From NCBI GenBank assembly GCA_044370415.1, contig JBILVO010000005.1, forward strand, positions 2,395 to 66,394: a stretch of 64,000 nt of DNA. The letters are read 5' to 3'. Positions within the stretch are counted from its first letter, which is position 1. Each line of letters opens with the position of its first letter. Of the stretch, positions 18,801-26,407 are shown one piece after another. The position numbers and the translations under genes were made by a program. Source of the stretch: Pirellulales bacterium. Its GTDB lineage: Bacteria > Planctomycetota > Planctomycetia > Pirellulales > UBA1268. The notes beneath the pieces are model-generated. The model saw only the letters and a list, made by a program, of their open reading frames with translations, was not told where the DNA came from and ran no database searches.

Positions 18801-19985
18801 CGGCTCGCGACGCCCTGGACCGGCGGGCGGCTGCGGCTGGTGGGAGCGGGCGCGCGGCCGTTCACACTGCGCACGCCCCTCGACGGCCTCGCCGCCGCCG
18901 CGGGCGGCGCGACGGCTGCGGCCGGCGGACAGGAGCGACTCCCGCTGCCCGAGGACTGGCTGTCTGCCGCCGGTGGTCCGCGCGGGCAGGAGACCGTGGG
19001 CCGCATCGCCCGTCCGGCGTCGGTGGCACGCCCGCCGGCCGACCTGGCCGCCCGGCTCCGCGCCGTGTCGATCGACACGTCGGCGGCCTGGACGTCGGCC
19101 GAGATCGCCGGCGTGCGGATCGAGCCGGGCGAGATGGTGGTGCGGCTCTTCGAGGGGCAGCTGGCGCTTGGGCCCTTCGACCTGGGAACCGCGGGGGGCC
19201 GGCTCCGCGGGGCGCCGTGGCTGCGGCTGCTGCCCGCCCCCGGCGAGCTGGTCGTGCCCCCCGGCCGCTGCCTCGACCGCATCGTGCTCACGCGGCAGCT
19301 GTGCGATCGCTGGGTGTCGTGGCTCGTGCCCCTGGTCGGCCACTCGGCCCAGATGCAGGGCCTGATGAGCGTCGACATGGCCGGCGCGCGGCTGCCGCTG
19401 GCCGATCCCTTCGGCGGCGAGGCGTCTGGGCAGGTGATCTTCGAAAGCCTCGAGGCCACGCCCGGCGAGGTGATCGGGCCGCTGATGAACCTGATCGTCA
19501 AGCTGCAGTCGGCTATCGATCCACGGTTCGCGTTCGGGGACAAGGCGGTGCTCCTGCGGGTGCGGCCGGAGCCCGTCAGCTTCCGGCTGGCAGACCGCCG
19601 GCTGTGGCACGAGGGCCTGGTGATCGACGCCGGGCAGCTCGTCGTGCGGTCGGCCGGGAGCGTGGGGGCCGATGGCGCGCTCGCAATGGTCGTGGAGGTC
19701 GCCTTCCGCGGCGACATTGCCGGCGCGACGCCCGTGGTGGGCCAGCTCCTGCGGACGCCGCTGGTGATTCCGCTCAAGGGCACGGTGCAGCGGCCGCAGT
19801 TCGACGCAGGCGCGATCGACACGATCCTGGGACGGGTCGTGGAGAACACCGCCGAGGCCGTGATCGGCCCGAGCCTCTCGCGCGGCCTCGAGACGCTCTT
19901 CGGCAACCCGCAGCCGGCGCCGGCCGCGGGAGCGGCCGCCCCCGCACAGCCGCCGCCCCTCGTGCTGCCGCAGTCCGCCCGGTAG
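15879..19985 (+). CDS. Large (1368 aa) membrane-anchored AsmA/TamB-like envelope protein
   Basis: N-terminal Arg-rich stretch plus a single TM (LVWLVGLATLAAAVWFAPAVAV). The long beta-rich body has balanced composition. The C-terminal PLVIPLKGTVQRPQFDAGAI resembles the AsmA-like C-terminal motif. The competing ORFs in other frames are Arg/Pro-rich. Confidence 0.75.
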   Translation: MRSRHSRTAGGRPRRRPLVWLVGLATLAAAVWFAPAVAVLTRLRDRPLEMALAGIDGHVASRAAVWRWWGGIEYRDVTLCDRQGRPLVAVPRLVIDRGLVGLLVRPRDLGTVRLVGGEVLVEVRPGGSSIEDVLAPWLASASQSTVSPPSFELEVVDAAVELVDLARDDAWRITDILAAGTVRPDATLAGWTISGRARYAGEPLRDLAAAANRVASDRARHSAGPGGQPAVDTASSSARLDRTTVAAGATAILARDGGWSVSSPDVPVTAAEAAAVPRSLAVAATRLPLGVTSVAATRFAWTHVLDGLVDVRLDISLPPSSGGAAGGGLTNPGRRPPSTGLGVSGVVSGTKLAFCGSDTLAEIVTLDRAEMPLDISVEGERVVVRSLAVSSRLFSAEASGRIRLPVGDSWDWAEALVTEDFAVAVDVDLAAAARAMPAGLAVRPDVRVTGGQVQLTAASRADGHDRVLEVRTSSRDVAAIQTVPAAPEQQAAGAAVEERLLRWSEPFTGWLRGRRGPARGDRLRIEEARLASPAIEVSAAGTAASAAVQWTIDLGGLAAEAAEVIDLAGARLQGSARGRIDVDRVANAATSRVKLSASLTEFEFTRPGAASWRDPELTLVAEGSGGMAGAAVLVDRGHALLSAADDSLEVTLTGGALINPWLGGEAAGRGMPWLRAAPGAEPLAADCSLTGELSRWCPRWAAVMGPRGGLGDVEVAGRLKAQAVLTAQGDAWQITRAGGEIEKLSVRVADRRIVEPRVVATAAGRWNAGNGAVEISSAEFLTATLSVRTGGCTLLPASGRLGATGAVDAFVDRLRGKVQWQCDLGRIERWLLPTTVADRWPVGGRGWGTAELVDTPLGLNVLVEATGSQLSLASRPAGRGRGDEAVAGGAGAAVGGAGSFAGGAGAALWSEPRATLVAEVTCPRGSAGDRMTVNRLAVESSTAAVAAAGSIEGWSSRRLLELGGNVAYDWEQVSRLATPWTGGRLRLVGAGARPFTLRTPLDGLAAAAGGATAAAGGQERLPLPEDWLSAAGGPRGQETVGRIARPASVARPPADLAARLRAVSIDTSAAWTSAEIAGVRIEPGEMVVRLFEGQLALGPFDLGTAGGRLRGAPWLRLLPAPGELVVPPGRCLDRIVLTRQLCDRWVSWLVPLVGHSAQMQGLMSVDMAGARLPLADPFGGEASGQVIFESLEATPGEVIGPLMNLIVKLQSAIDPRFAFGDKAVLLRVRPEPVSFRLADRRLWHEGLVIDAGQLVVRSAGSVGADGALAMVVEVAFRGDIAGATPVVGQLLRTPLVIPLKGTVQRPQFDAGAIDTILGRVVENTAEAVIGPSLSRGLETLFGNPQPAPAAGAAAPAQPPPLVLPQSAR

Positions 19986-20007
19986 TGCCGGCCGCGGGCC
20001 GGCAGGA

Positions 20008-21348
20008 TCACTCCGCAGCCGCCGCGCGGAGCCGTCGATCCATCGATGCGATCAGCCGCTGGAGCGTGCGGCCGTATGAAAAATGCTCGACCTCGAGACG
20101 GTGCCGCGGCGACGCGACGTAGCGGAGCGGGGCGGCCTGCGGACGGCTGCGGGCGCGGTAGAGCCAGGCGGCGGCCTGCGGCGCGCGGCGTGCCGCCACC
20201 GCCATCCGTGCCACGAGCTGCGCCTGGAGGTCGGTGAGCCACCACTGGCCGCTGTCCGGCTGGATGAGGCCGACCACGGCGATGTCGTCCCGTGTCGGAT
20301 GGAGCAGGTTGAGGAACAGCCGCGGGCAGCCGGCGGCGTCGGCCGCGACGTGCTCCGGTGCGATGAACGGCATGTCGACCCGGTAGCCGGTCGCACAGAT
20401 GACGACGTCGAACGGCTCGCGGCCGCCGTCGGCGAACACCGCGGTGTCGCCGTCGAACCGGGCCACGTCGCCGGCGGCGCGGATGGCGCCGGCATCGATC
20501 CGTGCGAGCAGCGCGGTGTTCACGACCGGATGGGTTTCCCAGAGCCGGTGGTCGGGCCGCGGCAGCCCGTGCCGCCAGGGGAGGCCGATCTCGCGGTCGA
20601 TCGCCCGCATGCTCACCAGCCGGCGCAGCCACAGCGGCAGCCCGAGCCGCAGCAGCCGTTCGCCGCGGAGGTCGGCGGGCCGACCCATGATGAACCGCGG
20701 CACGACGAAGTAGCCGCGGCGCCGCGAGAGCACCGTCGTCGCCGCGTGCGCGGACACGTCGACCGCGATGTCGCAGGCCGAGTTGCCGCCGCCGATCACG
20801 AGCACCCGCCTGCCGGCCAGCGCGACCGGCAGCGCGGGCGACTTGTAGTCGCAGGCGTGCAGGAGCGTGCCGGCGAAGGCGCCCGGAATGTCGGGATGCC
20901 GCGGCACCCGGTTGTGGCCGGTGGCGATGACCACGCCCGCATAGGACCGCGGCGGCCCGTCGGCCGACCGCACCAGCCAGCCGCCGCCCGGTAGCGGCTC
21001 GATCCGCTCGACGGCCGTCCGGCTGCGGATGTGTGGCACGAGGTCGAAGTGCCGCGCGTAGCGGCGCAGATAGTCGAGGCACTGCCGGTGGTCGGGATAG
21101 GCGGGCCATTCCCGTGGCATGGGGAAATCGGCATAGGCCGTCATCGTCTTCGAGCTGATGAGCCGGGTCGACGCGAAGACGCTCGAGGCCGCGGAGCCGA
21201 AATACCAGTTGCCGCCGACGTCGTCCTCCCGCTCGAGGCACTCGGCGGCCACGCCGGCCGCGAGGAGATTCTTGAGCGCCGTCAGGCCCGACGGGCCGGC
21301 GCCGACGACGCACCAGGGCCGGGAATCAGGCGTGCGGTCACTGGGCAT
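20008..21348 (-). CDS. Flavin-containing monooxygenase (class B FMO/BVMO-like)
   Basis: It has VVGAGPSGL (FAD), the FMO motif FAGTLLHACDYK (FxGxxxHxxxY), and VIGGGNSACD (NADPH). Confidence 0.85.
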   Translation of the reverse strand: MPSDRTPDSRPWCVVGAGPSGLTALKNLLAAGVAAECLEREDDVGGNWYFGSAASSVFASTRLISSKTMTAYADFPMPREWPAYPDHRQCLDYLRRYARHFDLVPHIRSRTAVERIEPLPGGGWLVRSADGPPRSYAGVVIATGHNRVPRHPDIPGAFAGTLLHACDYKSPALPVALAGRRVLVIGGGNSACDIAVDVSAHAATTVLSRRRGYFVVPRFIMGRPADLRGERLLRLGLPLWLRRLVSMRAIDREIGLPWRHGLPRPDHRLWETHPVVNTALLARIDAGAIRAAGDVARFDGDTAVFADGGREPFDVVICATGYRVDMPFIAPEHVAADAAGCPRLFLNLLHPTRDDIAVVGLIQPDSGQWWLTDLQAQLVARMAVAARRAPQAAAWLYRARSRPQAAPLRYVASPRHRLEVEHFSYGRTLQRLIASMDRRLRAAAAE

Positions 21349-21356
21349 GTGCGTCT

Positions 21357-22583
21357 TCAGCAGGGGCGGAGGCAGGAGGCGAGGGCGGCCAGGAGGCGGT
21401 CGCGGTCGTCGGCCGTATGGTGCCAGGCGAGGCTCACCCGTACGAGGCTGCCGCCGTCGGCCACGCTCGGCGGCCGGATGGCCGGCACGAACAGGCCGGC
21501 CTCGGCGAGCCGGGCAGCGACGGCGACCGCGCGATCGGCCGTGCCGACGACGATCGGCACGATCTGCCCCCGGCCGGCGGCGGCGACGCCGGCCGCTGCG
21601 AGCGCCGCGCGAAACGTGGCGGCGGCGGCGAGCAGTTCCCGGCGCCGGTGCGGCTCCTCGGCCAGAAGCGCGATGCCGCGGGCCGCCGCCGCCGCCACGG
21701 CCGGCGGATGGGCGGTGGAGAAGATCCAGGCCCGCGCCTTGTGCCGCAGCCAGTGGATCAGGTCGGCGTGGCCGGCCACGAAGCCCCCCGCGGCGCCGAT
21801 CGCCTTCGAGAGCGTGCCCACGCGGACGTGCACGCCGTCGGCGCAGCCCGCCTCCTCGACCAGCCCGCCGCCCCGGCCGCCGAAAACGCCTGTCGCGTGC
21901 GCCTCGTCCACCATCAGGACCGCCCCGTGTTTCCGGGCCACCGCGCAGAGGTCGGCCAGGGGGGCGATCGTCCCGTCCATGGAGAAGAGCGTGTCGGTGA
22001 CGACGAGTCGGCGGCGGGCCGACGCCGCCCGCGAAAGCAGCCCGTCGAGAGCTGCCACGTCGCGATGCGGGTAGATGCCGACGGCGGCCCGGGAGAGCCG
22101 GCAGCCGTCGATGATGCTCGCGTGGTTGCGGGCATCGCTGGCGACGAAATCCTCGGGGCCGACGAGGGCCGCGATCGTGGCGGTGTTGGCCGCGAAGCCG
22201 CTGGGGAACGAGAGCGCCGCGTCGACCTCGAGCAGGTCCGCGATCGACCGTTCGAGCAGCTCGTGGGCGACGGAGTGCCCGCTCACCAGCGGGCTGGCCC
22301 CGGCGCCGAAGCCCTCGGCGCAGGCGGCCTTCGCGGCGGCCTTGGTGAGCCGCACGTCGCCGGAGTAGCCGAGGTAGTCGTTGGCGCCGAAGTTTACGAG
22401 CGTCCGCCCGTCGAGCCGCACCTCCCTCCCCTGTCGGCCCGTCCGCACGCGGTGGGGCCGCTCGAGATCGGCTGCCCGCAGGGCCGCGAGGTCGTCTGCG
22501 ATCCAGCCGAGCGGCTCCGGCAGCGGCACCGCGATCGGCGGGGTTTTCGGGACGGTCACGGCGGCGTCGAGGCGGCAGGTCAT
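21357..22583 (-). CDS. bioF: 8-Amino-7-oxononanoate synthase
   Basis: It has NFGANDYLGY, SDARNHASIIDG, DEAHATG, and GTLSKAIGAAGGFV (PLP lysine). Its stop is 8 nt upstream of the FMO start. Confidence 0.85.
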   Translation of the reverse strand: MTCRLDAAVTVPKTPPIAVPLPEPLGWIADDLAALRAADLERPHRVRTGRQGREVRLDGRTLVNFGANDYLGYSGDVRLTKAAAKAACAEGFGAGASPLVSGHSVAHELLERSIADLLEVDAALSFPSGFAANTATIAALVGPEDFVASDARNHASIIDGCRLSRAAVGIYPHRDVAALDGLLSRAASARRRLVVTDTLFSMDGTIAPLADLCAVARKHGAVLMVDEAHATGVFGGRGGGLVEEAGCADGVHVRVGTLSKAIGAAGGFVAGHADLIHWLRHKARAWIFSTAHPPAVAAAAARGIALLAEEPHRRRELLAAAATFRAALAAAGVAAAGRGQIVPIVVGTADRAVAVAARLAEAGLFVPAIRPPSVADGGSLVRVSLAWHHTADDRDRLLAALASCLRPC

Positions 22584-22634
22584 GGCGTCATTATGCCGTG
22601 CGCACGAGGCCGGTGCGGGGGCGGCCCGACCGGC

Positions 22635-23102
22635 TCACGCCCGTCGGCGGGCCAGCCGCTCGATCGCACGAAACTCGGCGGCCGTGACGGGCTGGACGGA
22701 GAGCCGGCTGCCGCGCCGCAGGAGCTCCATGCCGGCCAGGGCCTTCACCGTCCGCAATTCCTCCAGCGGCACGGCCCGCGGAAACGTCTCCACGAGCCGC
22801 ACGTCGACCATCGACCAGACGGGGTTGGCCGCCGACGCCTTCGGGTCGTGGTAGTCGCTCTTCGGGTCCCAGGCGGAGGGATCGGGATAGGCCGTGCAGA
22901 CGATCTCGACCACGCCGACGACGGCCGATGGCGTGGCGTTGGAGTGGTAGTAGAGCGCGCGATCGCCCTGCCGCATCGCCCGCAGGAAATTCCTGGCCTG
23001 GTAGTTCCGCACGCCCTCCCACGAGGTCGTCTGCCGTCGCGCGCGGGCGAGATCCTCGATCGAGAAGACGTCGGGCTCGCTCTTGATCAGCCAGTGGTGC
23101 AT
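22635..23102 (-). CDS. EVE (PUA-like) domain protein
   Basis: ORF 22635..24695 trimmed to Met 23102. MHHWLIKSEPDVFSIEDL...WEGVRNYQARNFLRAMRQGDRALYYHSN is the canonical EVE pattern. Confidence 0.85.
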   Translation of the reverse strand: MHHWLIKSEPDVFSIEDLARARRQTTSWEGVRNYQARNFLRAMRQGDRALYYHSNATPSAVVGVVEIVCTAYPDPSAWDPKSDYHDPKASAANPVWSMVDVRLVETFPRAVPLEELRTVKALAGMELLRRGSRLSVQPVTAAEFRAIERLARRRA

Positions 23103-23137
23103 GGACGGCGGTCTGCGACGGGCGGCGGCGAGTGCTT

Positions 23138-24841
23138 TCAGCCCCATTGCGACCAGGAGCCGGTGGCGACGACGTAGCCGCTGAGCAGGGCGTTGGTGGT
23201 GGCGTGGGCGACGACGGCGTCGTCGAGGCTCCGCCGAGTATAGAGCGCGAGGGCGAAGAGCATGCCTGCCAGCGTGCCGGCGACCCAGGCGTCGCCGTGC
23301 AGGACGCCGAACGCCACCGAGGAGAGGAGGAACGACAGCCAGGTGAATGCGCCGACGGGTACGGCGTCGACGTCCGGGCCGATGCAGCGGCGGATCACGA
23401 ACCCGCGGAAGAACAGCTCCTCGGCGATCGGCACCGTCACCGTGGCCCCCACCACCCGCACCACGAGCCACGCCGCCGACCAGGGCCAGCCCAGGACGTT
23501 CGGGTCGTCTCCCGTGCCGGCGTCCGCCACCGGCGCCAGTGCCATCCAGACGGCGAAGGTCGCCGCGCCGATGGCGACGGCCGCCGGCCGGATGCGGAAC
23601 GTGCGCCAGGGCAGGTCGCCCCGCAGCCGCCAGAGCACGGCCGCCACCGCGACGACGCGGAGCGGGTAGAGCAGGTCGAATCCGGCCGTGAAGGCCCGCG
23701 TCAGGATGGTAGTGGCCATGAGTGCCAGAAACGGCAGGATGCAGGAGACCACCGTCGGGGCGGTCGGGTCTGTCGGCATGGCGAGGTCGGCGGACGGCGG
23801 ATGGCCGGCGCGATGCGCGTTCGTCGCGAGCGCGGCCTGCTCCACCGGACCGGCAGCCGGACCGGCAGTGTGGGGGACGCTGAAGAAGCGCATCCGTGAG
23901 GTGCTCCAGATGAGCCCCAGCCCGACTGCGAGGAACGCGATCCATCCCGCCGCCGAGTGGAATCCCTGCACCGCGATCTCCGGCGAGATCCAGATGCCGA
24001 CGAGCACGAGCGCCGTGATCCGCAGCACGTTGGCCAGCCACATGAGCGCCATGCCGATCGGCACCAGCAGCAGCGACTGCGGAAACCGCTGGACGTCCCG
24101 AAACCACCAGAGGTAGCCCACCAGCAGCGCGGTGACCAGGCCGATGCCGTGGAATCCGCCGCACGATTCGGTGACCAGGACGGTGAACTCGGGCGTGCCG
24201 ATGGCGAATGGCTGCGGCCTGACGACCGGCCCGCCCGCCAGGGGCACAAGCAGGAGCTCGACGAGCCGGAGCGTCGTGTCGCCCGTGGCCTGCCAGAAGC
24301 CCATCGTGAGCGTGCCGACGTGCCAGGCGGCGAACGCGAAGAGCCCGAACCCCAGCACGGTCGTCAGCACGCTCCGGACCATGCCGGCTCCCGGCGCGAC
24401 CAAGAGCAGCGAGAAGACGAACCATGCCACGGCCAGTCCGCCACCCGTCACAAGCTCGCCCGCGCTCCCCAGCGGCGTGTCGCGGCCGCCGGAGGCGAGC
24501 CAGCTGGCGTAGCCGAGCACGCCGACGAACGCGAGCACCTGGCCGAGGGCGATCGGCCACGCGATCCGCACCGCCCGATACGCCGCGCCATGCCGCCGCA
24601 CGTGCTGGTCGAGGGCGGCCAGGAGCATGACCGCCATGAAGGCCGCCCACCGCTTGCCCTGGATCTCCCGGAGCCACTGCCCGCCGAGGCACCATCCAAG
24701 CAGGACAGCTTCGACGAACAGCAGCACGGCGAGCAGCCGCAGCGCGGTCAGCGGCCCGATCGGGCTGGCGGCTGCATCGTGGAACCAGCGGGGCTCCCCG
24801 TCCGGAGCCGCGGGCGAATTCGAGGCTGCCATGGTCGACAC
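23138..24841 (-). CDS. xrtE: Exosortase fused to a CPBP/CAAX-type intramembrane protease (exosortase E/protease type, VPEID-CTERM system)
   Basis: 567 aa and polytopic. Exosortase motifs are VTESCGGFHG (Cys), NVLRITALVLVG (Arg) and GFHSAAGWIAF (His). The C-terminal CPBP motifs are IAEELFFRG and FGVLHG. Start is GTG 24841 or ATG 24832. Confidence 0.8.
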   Translation of the reverse strand: MSTMAASNSPAAPDGEPRWFHDAAASPIGPLTALRLLAVLLFVEAVLLGWCLGGQWLREIQGKRWAAFMAVMLLAALDQHVRRHGAAYRAVRIAWPIALGQVLAFVGVLGYASWLASGGRDTPLGSAGELVTGGGLAVAWFVFSLLLVAPGAGMVRSVLTTVLGFGLFAFAAWHVGTLTMGFWQATGDTTLRLVELLLVPLAGGPVVRPQPFAIGTPEFTVLVTESCGGFHGIGLVTALLVGYLWWFRDVQRFPQSLLLVPIGMALMWLANVLRITALVLVGIWISPEIAVQGFHSAAGWIAFLAVGLGLIWSTSRMRFFSVPHTAGPAAGPVEQAALATNAHRAGHPPSADLAMPTDPTAPTVVSCILPFLALMATTILTRAFTAGFDLLYPLRVVAVAAVLWRLRGDLPWRTFRIRPAAVAIGAATFAVWMALAPVADAGTGDDPNVLGWPWSAAWLVVRVVGATVTVPIAEELFFRGFVIRRCIGPDVDAVPVGAFTWLSFLLSSVAFGVLHGDAWVAGTLAGMLFALALYTRRSLDDAVVAHATTNALLSGYVVATGSWSQWG

Positions 24842-24879
24842 CGGAAAAGCGAAGGGGAGCAGCCCTCAGGCTGCTCCCC
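24842..24879 (-). terminator. Hairpin (11-bp stem, 4-nt loop) with a broken U-tract between the substrate gene and the exosortase gene; possible partial terminator or attenuator
   Basis: GGGGAGCAGCC (24854-24864) pairs with GGCTGCTCCCC (24869-24879). The minus strand continues TTCGCTTTTCCG and runs directly into the exosortase start. Confidence 0.45.
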
Positions 24880-24944
24880 TCACACTACCATCGCGTCCAT
24901 CGCGTCGACGGCAGGCGAACATGCCGTCGAAAAGTCGGACCGCC

Positions 24945-25883
24945 TCAGACGGCCACGGCCAGCCGCCGCCGCTCGAGCAGGCCGAGCGAGCCGAGCACCA
25001 AGGCCAGCACGCCGCCGAAGGCGGTCGGGTCGATCTCCGGAATCGCGGCCGTGGTCTCGGACGAGCCGCCGAGGTCGCGGAATGCATCATCCGACAGGGT
25101 CCAGAAGGAACTGCCTATGGCTCCGCTACCCGTATCGACCGTGTACCACTCCTTCGTGCTGAAGTCCTGGCCGTAGAGAGTGGTGTAGTCGGAGTTGAAG
25201 GACAACTGCAGTCCTACGCCCGAGGTTCCGAGGTTGTTATACGAGTTCGGGGCATCGCTGAGATCCAGGCTAAAAAACTCTCCTGTCGTCGTCGAGCCAT
25301 AGAGCAAGCCGTTTGAGCCTTGCGTCGGATCGATGGCAATGTCGCCGTAAAAAGAGCTGCCGTAGCCACCTCCCACGGTATAGAACGTGGTGCCATTAAA
25401 CGTCGGAATGTTACCCGTGTAGCTGAAAGCGACGCTGTACAATTGATCCGTGCCGTCTTGGAAGAACCAGTAGCGGCCGTCCGCGGCGTTGTAGGCCGCG
25501 TTCGCGGCCTGCTGGTTGGGGTTCGGGTCGACAACACCCAGCTGTGCGGCGGTTGCCGCGATCGAGAGGCTGTTGGTGGGCTTGTTCCAGACGTAGAGCT
25601 GGCTCGACGTGCCGGAGCCATTCAGGAAGAACATGTTCTCTCTGACTTTGTCGTAGGCAAACGCATTCGAATTTGCCGTCCCGGGGAGGCCGGTCGCGAA
25701 GACCTGCGAAGCCGTCTGGCCGACGGGGTTAATTTCCCAGATGTTGTTGCTGTCATCGATGCCGTAAATGTAGCTGATTGGCTGGGCCGAGGCGGGCGTG
25801 GCTACGACGGCCATCGCGAGACCGGCGACCAGGGTGAACGCCGCTGCGGAAGAAGCGGGCAGGGAGAACTTCAGGGAACGCAT
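24945..25883 (-). CDS. Secreted protein with a VPEID-CTERM-type sorting signal (putative exosortase E substrate)
   Basis: Signal MRSLKFSLPASSAAAFTLVAGLAMAVVATPASA. The body is rich in N/G/S/T/Y and repetitive, so it may be a beta-propeller. The C-terminus AAIPEIDPTAFGGVLALVLGSLGLLERRR is motif, TM helix and basic cluster. GAGG lies 10 nt before the ATG. Confidence 0.8.
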   Translation of the reverse strand: MRSLKFSLPASSAAAFTLVAGLAMAVVATPASAQPISYIYGIDDSNNIWEINPVGQTASQVFATGLPGTANSNAFAYDKVRENMFFLNGSGTSSQLYVWNKPTNSLSIAATAAQLGVVDPNPNQQAANAAYNAADGRYWFFQDGTDQLYSVAFSYTGNIPTFNGTTFYTVGGGYGSSFYGDIAIDPTQGSNGLLYGSTTTGEFFSLDLSDAPNSYNNLGTSGVGLQLSFNSDYTTLYGQDFSTKEWYTVDTGSGAIGSSFWTLSDDAFRDLGGSSETTAAIPEIDPTAFGGVLALVLGSLGLLERRRLAVAV

Positions 25884-26142
25884 GACAGATACCTCACGAC
25901 GGGGAAAGGATTGATTTGGGCTGTGGAGTGCGAACAGTGCTCTGCTTTATGCGGGAATCGGATCCGAACCGTTCGAGGAAATATCCAGCATCCTCGCGAT
26001 CGACGCTTCGAACTGGGGTCAGCCAGGCCGATGCCCGAACGAAAAACAACCGAAGGCTTCGAATCATCTGCCGGTCGCCGAGCCCAACGGCCCTCACAAC
26101 CCGCGCAAACCTCCGAGCCCTCACAATCCGTTATCGGCTCCA

Positions 26143-26171
26143 GTTATATGGCCTGAGAATCCCGTACGCAA
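26143..26171 (-). promoter_or_regulatory. Candidate sigma70-type promoter TTGCGT-17 nt-TATAAC
   Basis: On the minus strand the -35 is at 26166-26171 and the -10 at 26143-26148. It lies about 260 nt upstream of the VPEID-CTERM gene ATG and downstream of the 26314-26353 terminator. Confidence 0.3.
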
Positions 26172-26313
26172 CCCCCGGGCGGCGATTTTATGAGTCCCCC
26201 CTTAGGGGTGTGGCTGTGCCGGAGAGCGTCCACGGGGCCAAACCGGCCGGTGCCGGGGAATAAAGGGCGTTTTCGCCCGGTTTTGAGGCTTCCATGCCCC
26301 TGCAGGCGTACCC

Positions 26314-26353
26314 AAAAAAACGAGCGGGTCGGGCGGCGAACCGCCCGACCCGC
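26314..26353 (-). terminator. Intrinsic terminator (13-bp stem, CGAA/TTCG loop, U7 tract)
   Basis: GCGGGTCGGGCGG (26324-26336) pairs with CCGCCCGACCCGC (26341-26353). The minus strand continues TCGTTTTTTTGGG. It lies 55 nt downstream of the YTV-repeat gene stop. Confidence 0.75.
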
Positions 26354-26407
26354 TGTCATGTCCTCACTGCCTGGCGGCGGCCCTCCGGTGGCCACCCGCG
26401 GCGGTGA

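Noticed and set aside
25916-26263. A 115-aa plus-strand ORF inside the long intergenic region upstream of the VPEID-CTERM gene.
   Set aside because: Its composition is Arg/Ser/Leu-rich, it has no RBS or motifs, and it overlaps the predicted promoter and leader of the minus-strand gene. I treat the region as non-coding.
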